DNA of 64,000 nt from Marsupella aquatica (lineage: Eukaryota > Plantae > Marchantiophyta). Of this stretch, positions 28,764-41,900 are shown one piece after another. Where the stretch lies: contig OZ316894.1 of NCBI GenBank assembly GCA_973895155.1, positions 4,240,944 to 4,304,943 on the forward strand. The letters run 5' to 3'. A program made the position numbers and the translations under genes. The notes under the pieces are model-generated. The model made no database searches. It was not told where the DNA came from and saw nothing but the letters and a program-made list of their open reading frames with translations. Position 1 is the stretch's first letter. Each line of letters opens with the position of its first letter.

Positions 28764-29460
28764 GTGTCTGAGCTACGTGCAGAGGTACATACAGTATGTA
28801 ACTGAGAATGAGTTGGTTTGATGAGGTGAGACTTGAGAGAGGCTTGCAATCCTTGCGTGCATGCACGGTTGGGGAACTGGGGATATAAATGACAGCAAGC
28901 AGGTGGAGCATTAATTGAGCGCTCTCTCTCCCCCTCACACTCATCACTCATGAGTCATGACTGAATGAATGAATCGACACTTTGAATGTCGGCTCTAAAC
29001 TTACAGTAAGGAAGGCAGAGCAGATTGCTGGACCACAAGCGGTGAGGGCGTGAGGCGTTTTCAGAGCTTTCGAGGAAGGAGGGGGCTGCGCGCTTGCTGC
29101 TATTGCTGCTGCCGGCAATCGAGATTTGGCAGGGTGTGGTTGGTTGGGCCGAGACTCTATCTCACATCTCACATGCTTCATTGAGTCAGTGATTGGTGTG
29201 CATTCATTCATTCATTATTGCCTTCAGGCCCTTGCCTTGTTTTAGCTGGATACGAGAAGTCGGGAGGAGGACTCTAGCCGAGTGTTGAGGAGTGCAGCTG
29301 GCAGCGGAGGCATTTGAAGCAGTAAACTGCTGTATGTGTCCAGCAGCAGGCAGCAGAATGGCCTGCTGGAAGACTTGTGGCCTCTAGGCAGCAGCAGGGG
29401 AAGAGCTGGCGGAGCTGCAGGCACACCGAGACATTGGACCAGTCGCTTCGCTTCAGCTTC

Positions 29461-29590
29461 GTTTAGTCAGAGAGTACGTTCAGAGATAAGGAAATCGGTG
29501 GGTGAGAGAGGCGTTGATAAAATTTGTTCAGTCAGAGAGTACGTTCAGAGATAAGGAAATCGTTTGGTGAGAGAGGCGTTGATAAATTGT
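29461..29590. repeat. 65-bp tandem duplication in the ABCG 5' region
   Basis: AGTCAGAGAGTACGTTCAGAGATAAGGAAATCG..GGTGAGAGAGGCGTTGATAAA occurs twice. Confidence 0.85.
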
Positions 29591-30277
29591 TGAGCAAGGA
29601 GCAGAAGTCAGCAGACCGAAATCTGATACCGTCTCTCCTAGCCTGCCGACTCATTGGGTGACTCATTGGGTGATTGTGAGGAAGATTGGGAAGTCTTTGC
29701 ATCGCTCGCTGGGGATTTTGACTTTGCTGGAGATCGGCATCGAGTGTGAAGCTCAGTCAGTCAGTCGAGAGAGTACAAAACTTCGTCATGTTCTAGAAGG
29801 TTCTCCTGGCAAGCAAGCTCTCTTTAGCTTGCCTTCCAACATCTCAACTCGTACCAACAGCGTCCGTTACAGCGTCCGTCGAGTGGAGAGGTGATCTGCA
29901 TTGGAATGAACGACAAGCTAGCTTTAACTATCCCGTTTGAGGCTTACACAACGAGGTCCCGGATCGATCGATCACTTACAGGTCCACGAGTTAATGGAAT
30001 GTGGCTGGAGCTGAAGCGTTGGACCAAGGAAGCTGAGTTGTTTTCTCGTACACCTAAATTTTGACTGGTTGGGAGTTTGCGAGAGGCAAAAAATGGTGTG
30101 GAGTGCGAAAAAGTGTCAGTCGAAGAGGTAACATCGTCTCCTGGAAATGAAGCTGGTGATCGAGCTCTCGATCACTGCTGTGTTTAAAGTTCTCCAGCGA
30201 GCTGTCTGAAGGGTGCTGCACGTCTCCAGCTGCAGTGGGAGCACCATCTAGTTTGGTGTTAAAATTTGACTGAAGAG

Positions 30278-33200
30278 ATGGCGCCCTCAGGACCGGTAAC
30301 GCGGGAAAACTCCATGGGGAATATGAGCGGAAGGACCATTGGAGGGTCGGTTCGGTCAGAAAGCAAGGGCTACTCTCGGCACAGCTCGAGCATGAGGGTT
30401 GAGCAGGACCCAGATGTGGAGTCTGGTAGATGGAGCTTCATGGACCATGTGCAAATGATCCCGAGGAGTTCAGAGCTGGGGCCTGAGAGAAAATCCAACA
30501 TGAGTAAATTCGGGAGCAGGCACTCACAGCTTTCTCAATCGCCTCTGGACATGCTCGCTGCTGGCCTCGACATTGACTGCCTCCCCTTCTACGACTTACA
30601 TGTCAGGAACCTCGATTACAAGGTACAAATCTCCGAGTTCCATCCTCGTTTTGCCACTCAAGGTCGACTAATTCTCGTTTACCCATCTGACCGCTTAATT
30701 CTTGAATGCTCCAACTACCGTATTTGCATTCACATGTGGGCTACGGACGAGCTTCCTCTCTTTGGAGTGCGTGTCAACTACATTTTATACGTACCGCCTG
30801 ACCTGCACAAAAGATCATCAAGACGATATTCTTTAGTTTTCGGAGCCCGGGCACGGTTGTTTCTGCTTCCTACTCTAGCCTTTTCGGTCACGCGAGGCAT
30901 ACGTAAGCCGTCTCCCGACGTCCTTGTGCATGGCTTGTGGCAATAACCTTTTTGTTCATTCCCTATATATCCGGCGACTATCTCGGAAGCCACAAAGACG
31001 GCGTCTGTCTTTTTCTCGTGGGGAAAGTGGCTCAAATAACGAGGCATACAATGAACATTCTCTGTAAGTCGTCTTGTCTCCTTCGGGCACATGACCTGCG
31101 ACTGTTCTACTTTTGACAGAAGTGTGACGGCTTCGTATACTTTTCACGTTGCTTGGTACACTCGTTGGAACCTCGTTAGATTTGAAAAACCTCTGTCCCA
31201 AATTGCCCCCGATTGATTTTCGACTGTTTCCTTCGATAAGGGAGGCTAGCAAACATCTTTTGACACTGCAGACATTGCGGATGCATGTAAGATAGATCAT
31301 GCTATGTCGGATAGATATTTATCTGGCTTTATAACTAAGATCGAGCTAGTCTCAAGTTCGGAGACTTAAGCACGAATAATGATGATCAGTCCCGGTCTTC
31401 GATTCAGGTGCTAGCTTTTGCCCGTGCTCACTCTCCCTAGGAATCTATGCTCCCGCTGCAACAAGCTCTTTGGCTCCAAAATGATTTACTACTTCCCTCA
31501 GGTCTATCGATTGCTTACTGGAAATCTAGAATGGTGTGCTGGTTGTCTGACGTCATTGACTTCGTTGATTATCGTGCTAACCATGATACACCGTCCCACA
31601 TGTGTAGGTGACTGTCAAATCCAAGGATCTAGGGACAGTGCAGAAGACTCTACTCAACAATGTCAATGCGGAGGCTTACCATGGCCAAATCCTTGCGGTG
31701 GTTGGTCCCTCAGGATCTGGCAAGACAACTTTCCTGGATGCAATTGCAGGGCGCATCTCAAAACACAGCCTAGAGGGGGAAATCCTTGTCAATGGCGAAC
31801 CCACCAACGAGTGGTTCAATCGCATATCTGGCTATGTCATGCAAGACGATGCCCTGTTCCCCCACCTCACTGTCCGCGAAACGTTGATGTACAGCGCACG
31901 GCTTCGAATTCCCGGGGACCTGTCCTTACAGGAGAAGAGGAATCGCGTGGAAAATATGATAATCACTCTGGGCCTGAAACAGTGTGCAGACACTCGTGTC
32001 GGCAATGACATGGTACGAATTCGTCGCTGCGGAGTTCTTAGGAGCCCAATCAATTACAACTTTTGCAATCTTGATACCTGTTGTATGATTGTAGTCTCGT
32101 GAGCGTGAGAATTGCTTTTCCATTAAGGATTCATACCGATTGATCCAATTTAGGCCTAGACAAAAGAATTGATGGCAACCTGTGGATGCTCCGAATTGTT
32201 TGATCCGATTCTAAATTTTGACAACTGCAATTAATGAATTCCGAGACAACATCTTGGAAATCAGCGCATTCATTTGGAGTGAAACCTGTATCGTCTGATT
32301 CATTCTTTCCCGTCTGTATGCCAACAGATTCGAGGTGTCTCAGGTGGAGAGAGGCGGCGGGTATCGATTGGATCTGATATCATCCATGACCCGGCTGTGC
32401 TCTTCCTCGACGAGCCGACGTCAGGCCTGGACAGCACTTCGGCCCTCAATGTGATGCAAAAGCTGGCAAGGATGGCGCAAGCAGGGAGGCGGACTGTCGT
32501 TCTGACCATACACCAGCCCAGTTACCGCATTTTGGATACCATAGAGCGAGTACTGGTGCTGGGAAACGGCAACGTCCTTTTCCAAGGAGCCCCCACGCAG
32601 TTGAAGGATCATTTCAGTGCCCTGGGCCGCACCATGCCCGAATTCGTAAGGAACATACGCACAAAGCTCATGTATCGTCATTTCCGTTTGTGTAATTCGT
32701 CAATTTCCACTAAACTTCTGTTGATGAAAAACTGATCGTGATGGTGTGCGTCGATTTAGTCACTCCTGTGATCGGATTTGTCTTCACTACTAAGGAACTA
32801 ACCGAAGTGGTGGGGAGGCAGGTGAATGTTGTTGAATACGCACTGGACACAATCGAGGACTATCAAAGATCGTCGGAAGGTCTGCAGCCGCTGATCAACT
32901 TGGCAGTAAGTGTCTCTCGGCAATTACATTGTCCCATTCCCAAGTATGTTCCTTAGAATGATGTGACTCTGCTCATCAAATGAAACGAGGAATTTTGACA
33001 TTGAAGAAGAGCTCGGGGTCCGTCGATCTAATGGACGTGATGACCGCCTGCTTGCTTGTAGCAACTAATCAACATGGCCTGTGCCTCGTGCGTGCTTAAT
33101 TTTACAGTTGTCGCACAAAAATAGCCAGAGTGGCGTGGAGGTCCCGATTGAGACCGATCAGCAGTCCGGCATTTCAGAAACACCGCCTCAGTACGCAACG

Positions 33201-34477
33201 TCGATATGGTCGGAATTCTGGGTGCTGGCTGATCGTAACTTCAAGAACATCTGCCGCACCCCGGAGCTCTTCCTCTCTCGCGCTGGAATGATGGTAATTA
33301 AGCTATTCCTGACAGACCTTTCCAGTTCAACACTCTCCTCCTAACGATGGACAACGATGCTGTTCGTCTTCGCCTGCTCCATGTAATTAGTATGTTGCTG
33401 ACTGATCGAGGTTGAAGATTATGACAATCTGCACCTTGATAATGACAGTGTGACTTTAGATCATCATGTGATTCATTCCTCATATTGTTTTAGTTCAATT
33501 GTCAAACTGTTGAGAAGCTGTGTGCCAATACAAACCTTCGGAGCAGTTCCTTCCTCCTCTTTACTTCAATTCTCGCTTACAGTTGATCAATGTGTTGCTG
33601 CACATCTCCAGGTGGTTGTTGCTCTAACTATGGGCACGCTCTTTCTTCACGCGAAGCTGGGAGAGACTAAAGGCATTGAGCAGCGTACAGCGTTTGTTTC
33701 CTTCTCTATTGCGTTGATCATGTTCACGTCAACCGAGTCCATGGGGCCCTTCCTGGAGGAGCGACACATCTTCATCAGAGAGACGTCTCGCGGAGCATAT
33801 AGAGCAGGCACCTACGTGTTCTCCGGAGCTGTCGTCATCCTCCCCTTCTTGTTCTTCCTTGCCTTGCTCTACTCAAGTGTGGCGTACTGGCTGGTGGGTA
33901 TGGTGGCTCAAGCCAGCGCCTTCATCTTCTTCACCTTCATCATATTCCTCGCTCTCTGCTCGGCCAACTCATTCGTCATCTTCTTCAGTGGCCTGGTGCC
34001 CAACTTTACCATCGGCCTTTCGCTTGTCTGTGGATCCATCGCCTATTTCTTCCTCTTCTCCGGCTTCTTCATCAACAGGTAAACATTAATGATATTAATG
34101 ATCGAATCTGTGCATTCCAGAATCAGTAATCATCATGGTCATCAACACTGAAAATGTTGCACGCACCTCCCACCAGAAAGTGACAATAATAGTATTTGTG
34201 TGATGGTTGCAGAAAAGCAATTCCGGTCTATTGGCTATGGATCCATTATATCTCGCTATTCAAATATCCCTACGAGGCGCTGCTCCAAAACGAGTTTGGT
34301 CGCCTCAATGGAGTAATTTGGGATGGGTCTTTGTCGTCGAATGACGTCCTCGAAATATGTACGCCCGGTAAATTACATCAATGGATCAACATTATGGCTA
34401 TTCTTAGTCAGTTTGCTGGGTACAGGATACTCTTCTGGCTCACGCTCAAGTACTTCTCGAAGTCCATTCGGAAGTAG
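30278..34477 (+). CDS. ABCG half-size (WBC-type) ABC transporter, 7 exons
   Basis: Walker [18 protein letters not shown], signature [12 protein letters not shown], Walker [14 protein letters not shown]-loop TIHQP, and a C-terminal ABC2 membrane domain ([16 protein letters not shown]). Approximate exons: 30278-30622, 31608-32012, 32328-32645, 32822-32905, 33108-33292, 33612-34078, 34213-34477. Confidence 0.92.
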
Positions 34478-35912
34478 ACTGTGAAGACTGTCTGTGGTTA
34501 AGCGAGCAGTTCTTGCGGTTATTCGAGAAGCGAAGAGGAGGTACATCATATGAATGACCTTTTGTACATATAAACAATTTATGTAACTAATTCCACAAGG
34601 AATTTGGTGAAACGGAAAATCGTCGAAATTCGCATCTTGGGCAGACAGATTTCAGGCGCTGAGAATTTGCAAGACAGAGCACATGGATTAGTTCTTCAGA
34701 AGTGACTGAATTGGAAGGGCACATGAGTGATCCTCTGATCCAGCACGCATCGTCTACATTGCACTACAGAAGAGTTCTGTAAGTCAAAAACTTTCTGTTC
34801 ACATGTCAATGAACAGAAAGTTTTCGAGTATTTGCGGGTCGACTGGAGCTTGGATCTGCTTGCTTGCTAGGTGGCCTGACCATGACAGGTGAAGCAGACG
34901 TCTACAAGCACAGAGCTTGTTTCCTGATATTAAAGTCTGTGGTCTGAGGGGAGGCTTCCGTCGACGAAAAGAGGTTGGGGATTTGGTCAGCCATTTGATG
35001 AGATTGATTGTATGTTCGATCAGTCGATCCATTTACTGCCCATGGGCGTAGAGAATGCTTGGATGGGTGGACGATCGACGAGCTAAGGCCAATATGATCT
35101 CTTTGTTTCTTTTCTCAACGCTGAGTTCCAAAATGTTGTTCAACTTCCATTAGTGTTGAAGTTCAACTAGACGATCAGGGACCCAGGTCAGTACTTATTA
35201 TTAGTCTTAGGTGTGGGATAGTTCGAGTTTGATGGATGCTATGTAGATGGCTCCAATATTTATCTTATCATTCGTTGTAAGTTTGACAAACAATTATTGT
35301 AACGTATATGGGGATCTCACAGGTCCGCCTTTATTCCAATACGTGTTCCCCAAACCCTGTCTCAATTTTGGATTCATTTTCCTTCTGGGATCCCTTGCTT
35401 CGTACCTAGAGATGGCTGCATGAAGTTGGATCTCCACGACAAAAGGCGTAAACGATGTTAATTGAGGATCTGAGGCCATGATTCAGACTTCCCGTTGGTA
35501 ATATTGGTACAATTGCCTTAACCAGTGGACCAATTGTCTGTCTTACGGCAGATTGCCCTTCAAATTGTGTAGGGTAACCCCTCCCCGAGAGGGGTAATAG
35601 GCTTTAGTTTTGTTACAGTCAACCTTTGGTTTACAGTTTTGTATTTCTTGAATATAATTCTTACAACTGTTACATGAAACCCCTCCCACCTCCACAACGG
35701 CAATTCATAAGATTTCCCCTGATGCCCGCTTGACTGCAATTGTTCACCAGAGAATAAATTCTGGATTGTACTGATTTTTTCGAAGGAAAGAAAAGGTGCT
35801 GGAGGCAACATTCTAGTGTCACAACCCAAAGACGCAAGAATGAGCCACATGCAATTGATATCCTGCAAATTCTGACGCACTCTAAGTGATAAAGGTTATC
35901 CAGGTTTGACAT

Positions 35913-38900
35913 TCAAAACCAGGGCATCCACCAAATGTACATCTTGCTCAAGTTTTCAAGAGAGACAGCTTCTGCAATCAGTCTGTGAACCTGCCCCTCA
36001 ACTGAGAGTGGAAGTGAAGGGGCAGCAGCAACCCCAACCACTACTCCCTCCAACCTTGCCTCAATGTTGGCGATGGCTTTCTGTGCATGTGGATTTTGCA
36101 CCTCTACACCACTAGATTTATGGGACTTTGTCCACTCTACCAGTGGATCATGGATAAAAGTCTCCAAGACACTCATGAGTGTCTCACGGTGTGATCTCAG
36201 GACAGACAAAGTGATCTCACAGACTCGTAGAAACATCCCCTCATATCCTGTTATCCCAAGACCATCTATCATATTCTGTGTGAGTCTGAACGGCACAAGC
36301 TCTGGCTTCTCAAGTTGTAGCCCTTTGTCAAAAAGGCAGCTGAAGTCCACATGCACACAATCTCCAGTGGTAGAGTCGAACAAGATGTTCTCTCCATGCC
36401 TGTCTCCCAGCCCCACCATGTGGCCTACCATTGACCAAACGGCTGTAGTATGGGCATAAGCCACCCTAGCTTGGAACCAACTTGCAGGCTCTGGGAATGT
36501 GTTTAGAAACCAGCGATGAAACACAGGTGGAAACATGGGCAAAACTTTGGTCAGCAGCATATCTGCGTCAGACATCTTGTCAGGATGTTTATTGGCCTGC
36601 TGTTGGTCATAGATCCGCTTGATGACTGGGTTCGTCTTTAGACGGTCAAATTTGCCACAAGCAACGTACACGTCCTGCAATATGTGTCTCAATCCTCGAG
36701 TATGGAGAACCCACTCAATCATCCCACAGTCCTCACTCAGAGGGACAACGGCGAAGGTGCGAATGTAGAGCTTCCGACGGCGGCTGTTTGGATCCTTTGA
36801 CAGTAGCCGGTTGATCATCGTTGTAAACTCCATCATTCGTGCATCTTTGCGTAAGTCATCCTTCGGCTTGCACAAGAAAGGGTGCTCTAGTCCATCACTA
36901 CCCAGGAGTACCACCTTTTTTGGCTTCTGGAGGGAGGCTAGAATTTCAACCTCTTCCCCAATGCCAAAAATGGTTGAAAATTCTGCAGCGGGGAAAGGGT
37001 TATAGTTCATGTCTGTTAATCCATGTGCCGGAAGTGTGACTGTGAGGGCTTTTTGAAGGGGCAAGATCACCCCCACAGGCATCAATCTCTTCAGATATCC
37101 AAAATCAGCTGCCAAACTAATTGTCTTTGCTTTTGGCTGGCCAGCATAATTACAAAGACGAATCATCTGGTCAATCAAGCCAACGAACTGAGTCAAGAGG
37201 ACTATCTTCTCCCTGTCCTGGCCTAGAGAATGCCTTAATTGTTGAACTATTTCAGCAGCTGCTTCTCGTCTTGCAGGAACAATTGACTTTGTGACAGCTG
37301 CCATGCTCCAGAGGGCCTGTTGTGGGTATGCCTGTAAGACGCTCGTTATGATGTGCTTCACTAGGCGCACCACTTCATCATTGTGGTGACAAATACGTGA
37401 GACTAACTGTGGAAGTGAGGTGAGCCACTGGTAGGAAGGAAGATCCTTCAGGCAGCCCCTTACAATGCCCATCACCCGCGAGTGCACAGCTTTCACAGCT
37501 CGACTTGAAGAGTGTGAATCTCCACAGGAAAAGCTCCCAAATTCAAACCATAGGGTGAGCAAACGAGGCATTGCCTGAAATAGGTGGACATGTCCTTTGT
37601 GTAGACTCTTTGCATAAAATAACATCACATCTGGTAAGTAATTCCACCAAGGCTTGTCGTCCGTACTAAGGCGTCTTCTGTTGAGACCACTGGCATTGCC
37701 AATGTCCTGGTTCTCTTCTTGCCTGCGCCGAGCATCAACCAGTAGATCATCAAAGTACCTGGCCATAAAAAAGTACCCCTTCTCCCACTTTGGCTGCAAT
37801 TCCTTGACCCGAGCATACAGGCTCACAACATCATCCTTTTGTTTCTGGCCAGTGTGATGCACCCATCTTGCAAGTAGAAGGAGAGTTTTTGCCGTCTCCA
37901 TATCCTTATCCCTTCTGACCTGTGTGGATATTTTGATTGGGGTGCTTGCTGGAGACCTTTGGTTTAACTGCTTTATAGGTGACTTCCCATGAGCATGGAG
38001 GAGACCGCTAAGGGCAACATTAAGTGCACTGCCCAAAATAGTACGAGGGGTTTCTCCAAGGGCCTCTTGCAGCTCTAAAATTGCACGATGACTTTTTTTT
38101 GTGTCCCATAACAGTTTTGCCATCTCCATGTGAGCATTTGGTGCCCCAGCAGATTTAGCCTGCAATATGGCCCTATTGGCAGTCTCAAAGTGTCCAGCTG
38201 CGCGACAAAGCTTAGCATACTGCAGCCAACAAATACCAACTTCAGATTGAAGATCACTGGCACCGAGGATCAGCCTTCGAAGTGCTAGAATCGGCTCACG
38301 TGTCCACAACGATGGTTGTGTTATCTTTAAGCGAGTTTCCCAATGTTCAACCAAGTCAGTCATGCTGACCCTCAGCTGACGGTTATCTGGTGCCTCCTTT
38401 AAGGCCGCAATTGCAAGAGAGCTAAAGTCCTCCAGCTCTTGCAACATATGCAACTTGACAATCAGGGGATAAGCTCTTGTGTAAGATTCCATGCTTGCAG
38501 CCGCTAAAGGTGCCAGAAGTGCTTGCCGAGAATGCATAATCTGCTCCGTGAAGACGTCAAGATCTTTCTTCTGAAGGGCCTGAAGAATCTTAGCCAAGCT
38601 GATATCAAAAGCAGCATTATGCTCATTGCCATTCGCTGAAGCACCATCACCATCAGCTCCAGCAACATACTCTTCGAGGAGATCCCACTGACCAAGCCGC
38701 CATGCCGCTTGAACCCCTCTCATGTACCATTCCTTCTTATGGTCTGGCAAACGTGAGACTAATCCATCCACATGCGTCACCATGGCTTGGAGGTGACCCA
38801 TGTTAAGCAGGCAATCCAGAACACCAGAGTGTTGTACAACACTAGAGGGCTCCATTTGCAAAGCTTGCTCACAGCATGTCAATGCCTCCGCCCAATTTCC

Positions 38901-41900
38901 CGCATTCTCGTTGATTAAGATTTGATCCTGCAGATTTGTTGAGGTTCTCAAACGAGACAGCCCAGAGAGGCCATCAGGCTCATCCAGTCCACTATAGATC
39001 GCCAGAAGAAATGTCACATCCTCATCGGCAAAAACTCCGCTGGTCTCCGCAGCAGGATTAAAGGACCCTGACTTTTCTCGCACATGAGTTTCAAAATAGA
39101 GTAGAGCACGCGCGTAAGCTTGACATCGGAAGGAAGCTCCAGCCAGTGCTTGCTTTGGAATTGCAGCTAGGAGCTGGATTACATTTTGCCGATGTAGGGT
39201 GGAAAGGTTGGAAACTTGCCTTGGCTCACTCTGATTTCCATTTGAGTTGTTGGCATTCGAGTTGTTTCCATTCGAGTTACCTCTACCTGATCCACCTGAA
39301 ACTTGCGGACTTTGACTTGTGCTTGGTTGTTTACAATCGTCCAGCCATTGGCCAAGATTATCAATTAAAGTGAAAACTGTCTGGGTGCTAACCTCACTTG
39401 GTCCTGACCCGCCCCTAGGCATAATGCCAGGCCCATTCTCTAGACCAGTGAGAGATGGTGTACTGCTTGTAGCGGCTGCTTCAGCGAGTACGGCTAGGAT
39501 TTCATCAGTTACCGATTTCCTTGGCTCAACAGATCCATCACAAACAACATTGAGGACTAGATAAGGCAGGAGGTAGAGGGCCGTACCCATGTCATGCCTC
39601 ACAACACTTGTACAAGCTATGAATATCTCCGCCCTTTGCCCAGTTGATTGACATATAAGGCGGCGAGTCCACAAATACATCCATCTTCGAAAGGACATGC
39701 CTGGTCGGAAAATTGGACCGTCAGGTGTGGATGCTCCTGATTTTTTGAGGAAATACTTTGACGTCAAACAAGGCGTGATAATCTCTTTTACATCATCTGT
39801 GAATCTTCGCCAGAATTGTTCTCCAGTATCGGCCATGGTGTTTGCATCCGCTCCTGTTGTGTTCATGACCTTTGATGTCTTGGATGACCCACCTCTCGCT
39901 CTCACTGAAGTGTTAGTAGTTTCTTGTGCCCTAACTAGAAGAAGGGCCTGACAGCCACTAAATTTCAGAAGCTCCTGAATTGCAAGTGCTGCTGCATCTT
40001 GAATATCTGTGTCTGTAGCAGCCCTCAGAACCCTTGCCAGATGATCGTTGATTAGCTCAAAAACCAGGTCCTCATTACTCCGTTCAATTCTCGACTGGTG
40101 CCTTAAATGTACCTGCAAATTGTGGCCTAATCATCGTAAAAAAATTGCCCAAGGGAAGGATTGCCACGATTCTCAAATACAGCAAAAGAAGGGGTGAGTA
40201 GGGGAGCAGGTTCCCAGTGAAACATATCCATTAATATCGAATCTTGGTACGCTTGGTTTGAAGGATGGCGACCAACTCCCTAAGAACTCTCAACCAAAAC
40301 TAAGCTAATTTAAGAACATTATGGGCCCTTGCGTTATATCAGAATATGAGCCGGTTCTCAGGTTTCCAACTAAGCTCGTTTTTCAAAAGATTTAAAAAAC
40401 TAATGAATCGGAGTAACTTGAACTGTGGTAATAAAACCAGAATTTTAAGAGGCAGGCTTTGGGAAACACGATGCCTTAAATATACCTGCAATTTGACTGG
40501 GTCCACAGCTCCCAGCTCTCCCAAACACTCTGCACACGCCAGTTTTAATCTCTGGCTCATAGCCGTGCGTGACTCTTCAGCGCATCCTCTCAACAAGGCT
40601 GTCACTAGATTGCTTACAACATTCACATCCATGGCCGACTCCCCTGCCAACATAGTCGTCATGTCCGTTCTCTGTGCTTGCATGACTTTGCGAAGTTCAC
40701 TGCCAGTCATATAACGAACACTCATACTCTCATGCGTAAGTCCATCTGCCACTCGTCTTAGTTGATCACGGAGACAGAGAGATCCCCGCGCTTTTTGGAG
40801 GACGGCATTCACCTGACTTAGAGATGGAAGACTGGGGAGAATTGGGAGCTCATGAGCCTGATCCTCCAAAAATGAACCATTTTTCAGTACTAGTTCCTCC
40901 AAGACCTCTACAACTGCTGTTTGCTCCTCTTCTTGACCTTCCAAGCATGGCATAAGAGCAACAACAATCTGGCTGGCGACATTCTTTGCACTTGCAGGTG
41001 AGGTTCGCACCAACGTGCGTACAAATGAGAGCCACACTTTCAAACCTGCAACTTGGAGAGGTGCATCTTGCAATGCACGCGTAAGGAGAGCCATGATTTT
41101 AGGCACAAACGCGCTGAGATGAGGCCCAATCATTTCCACTAAGCGCTCAATACAACGAAGGGCCTGCTTCTGAGAGATCACATCTTCAGCCCGTAGTAAC
41201 TTCCGATCAATACTATTCAAAAGCCCGACAAAATGGCCCCTCAAAAATGTGGGAAGATCATCTGAACCTGTGACAATACTAGCCACTTCTTTAATCATTG
41301 GTGCCACCCTTTCGGACCTTCGCTGAGCATCCTCGTCGTCCGTGTCCCCAAGGAAACGCACCAGTTCATCTAGAAGAGCTGGTAGTACTGCTGTAAATAT
41401 TTCACGAGGATCCGAGCACGTCTGCATTTCATAGAATTGCAAAGCTGCCATTAACTCTGTGCCGTCCGCTCTAAGGAGCAAAACCGATAGAACCTTATGA
41501 CACCACTCTAACAATAATAGAGGAAGATCAATGTTGAGTTGCTTTGCAAGTTCATGCAACGTGTCCAGAGCTTGTTGACTATGCTGTTGATTGAGTACAA
41601 GCTTTGGCAGGACGTCTGGGACCATTTGCTTGAGAAGATCCTGAAAAGCAATCCCAAGGACAGCCTCAGCAAACTCCTGAATCATGACCGGCCGGGAAAG
41701 AAGGCGATTGATCAAGTACTCAAAGAGCTCTTCCCTAACAGAGTCCAGTATAGACTGGAACTTATGAGCCCCAGCTTTTTGTGACGTCATGGAGCCAATT
41801 CCATGAATCAACTTCACACTTTTCATACGGAGTGAGAGGTCTTTGCAGTCGAGCTGCTCCACAAGAAGAACCAGTGAGAAGAACAACAGTTGCCGATTGT

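Noticed and set aside
30278-34477. Assignment as STR/STR2 symbiosis transporters
   Set aside because: The motifs fit several ABCG half-transporter clades; orthology needs a phylogeny.
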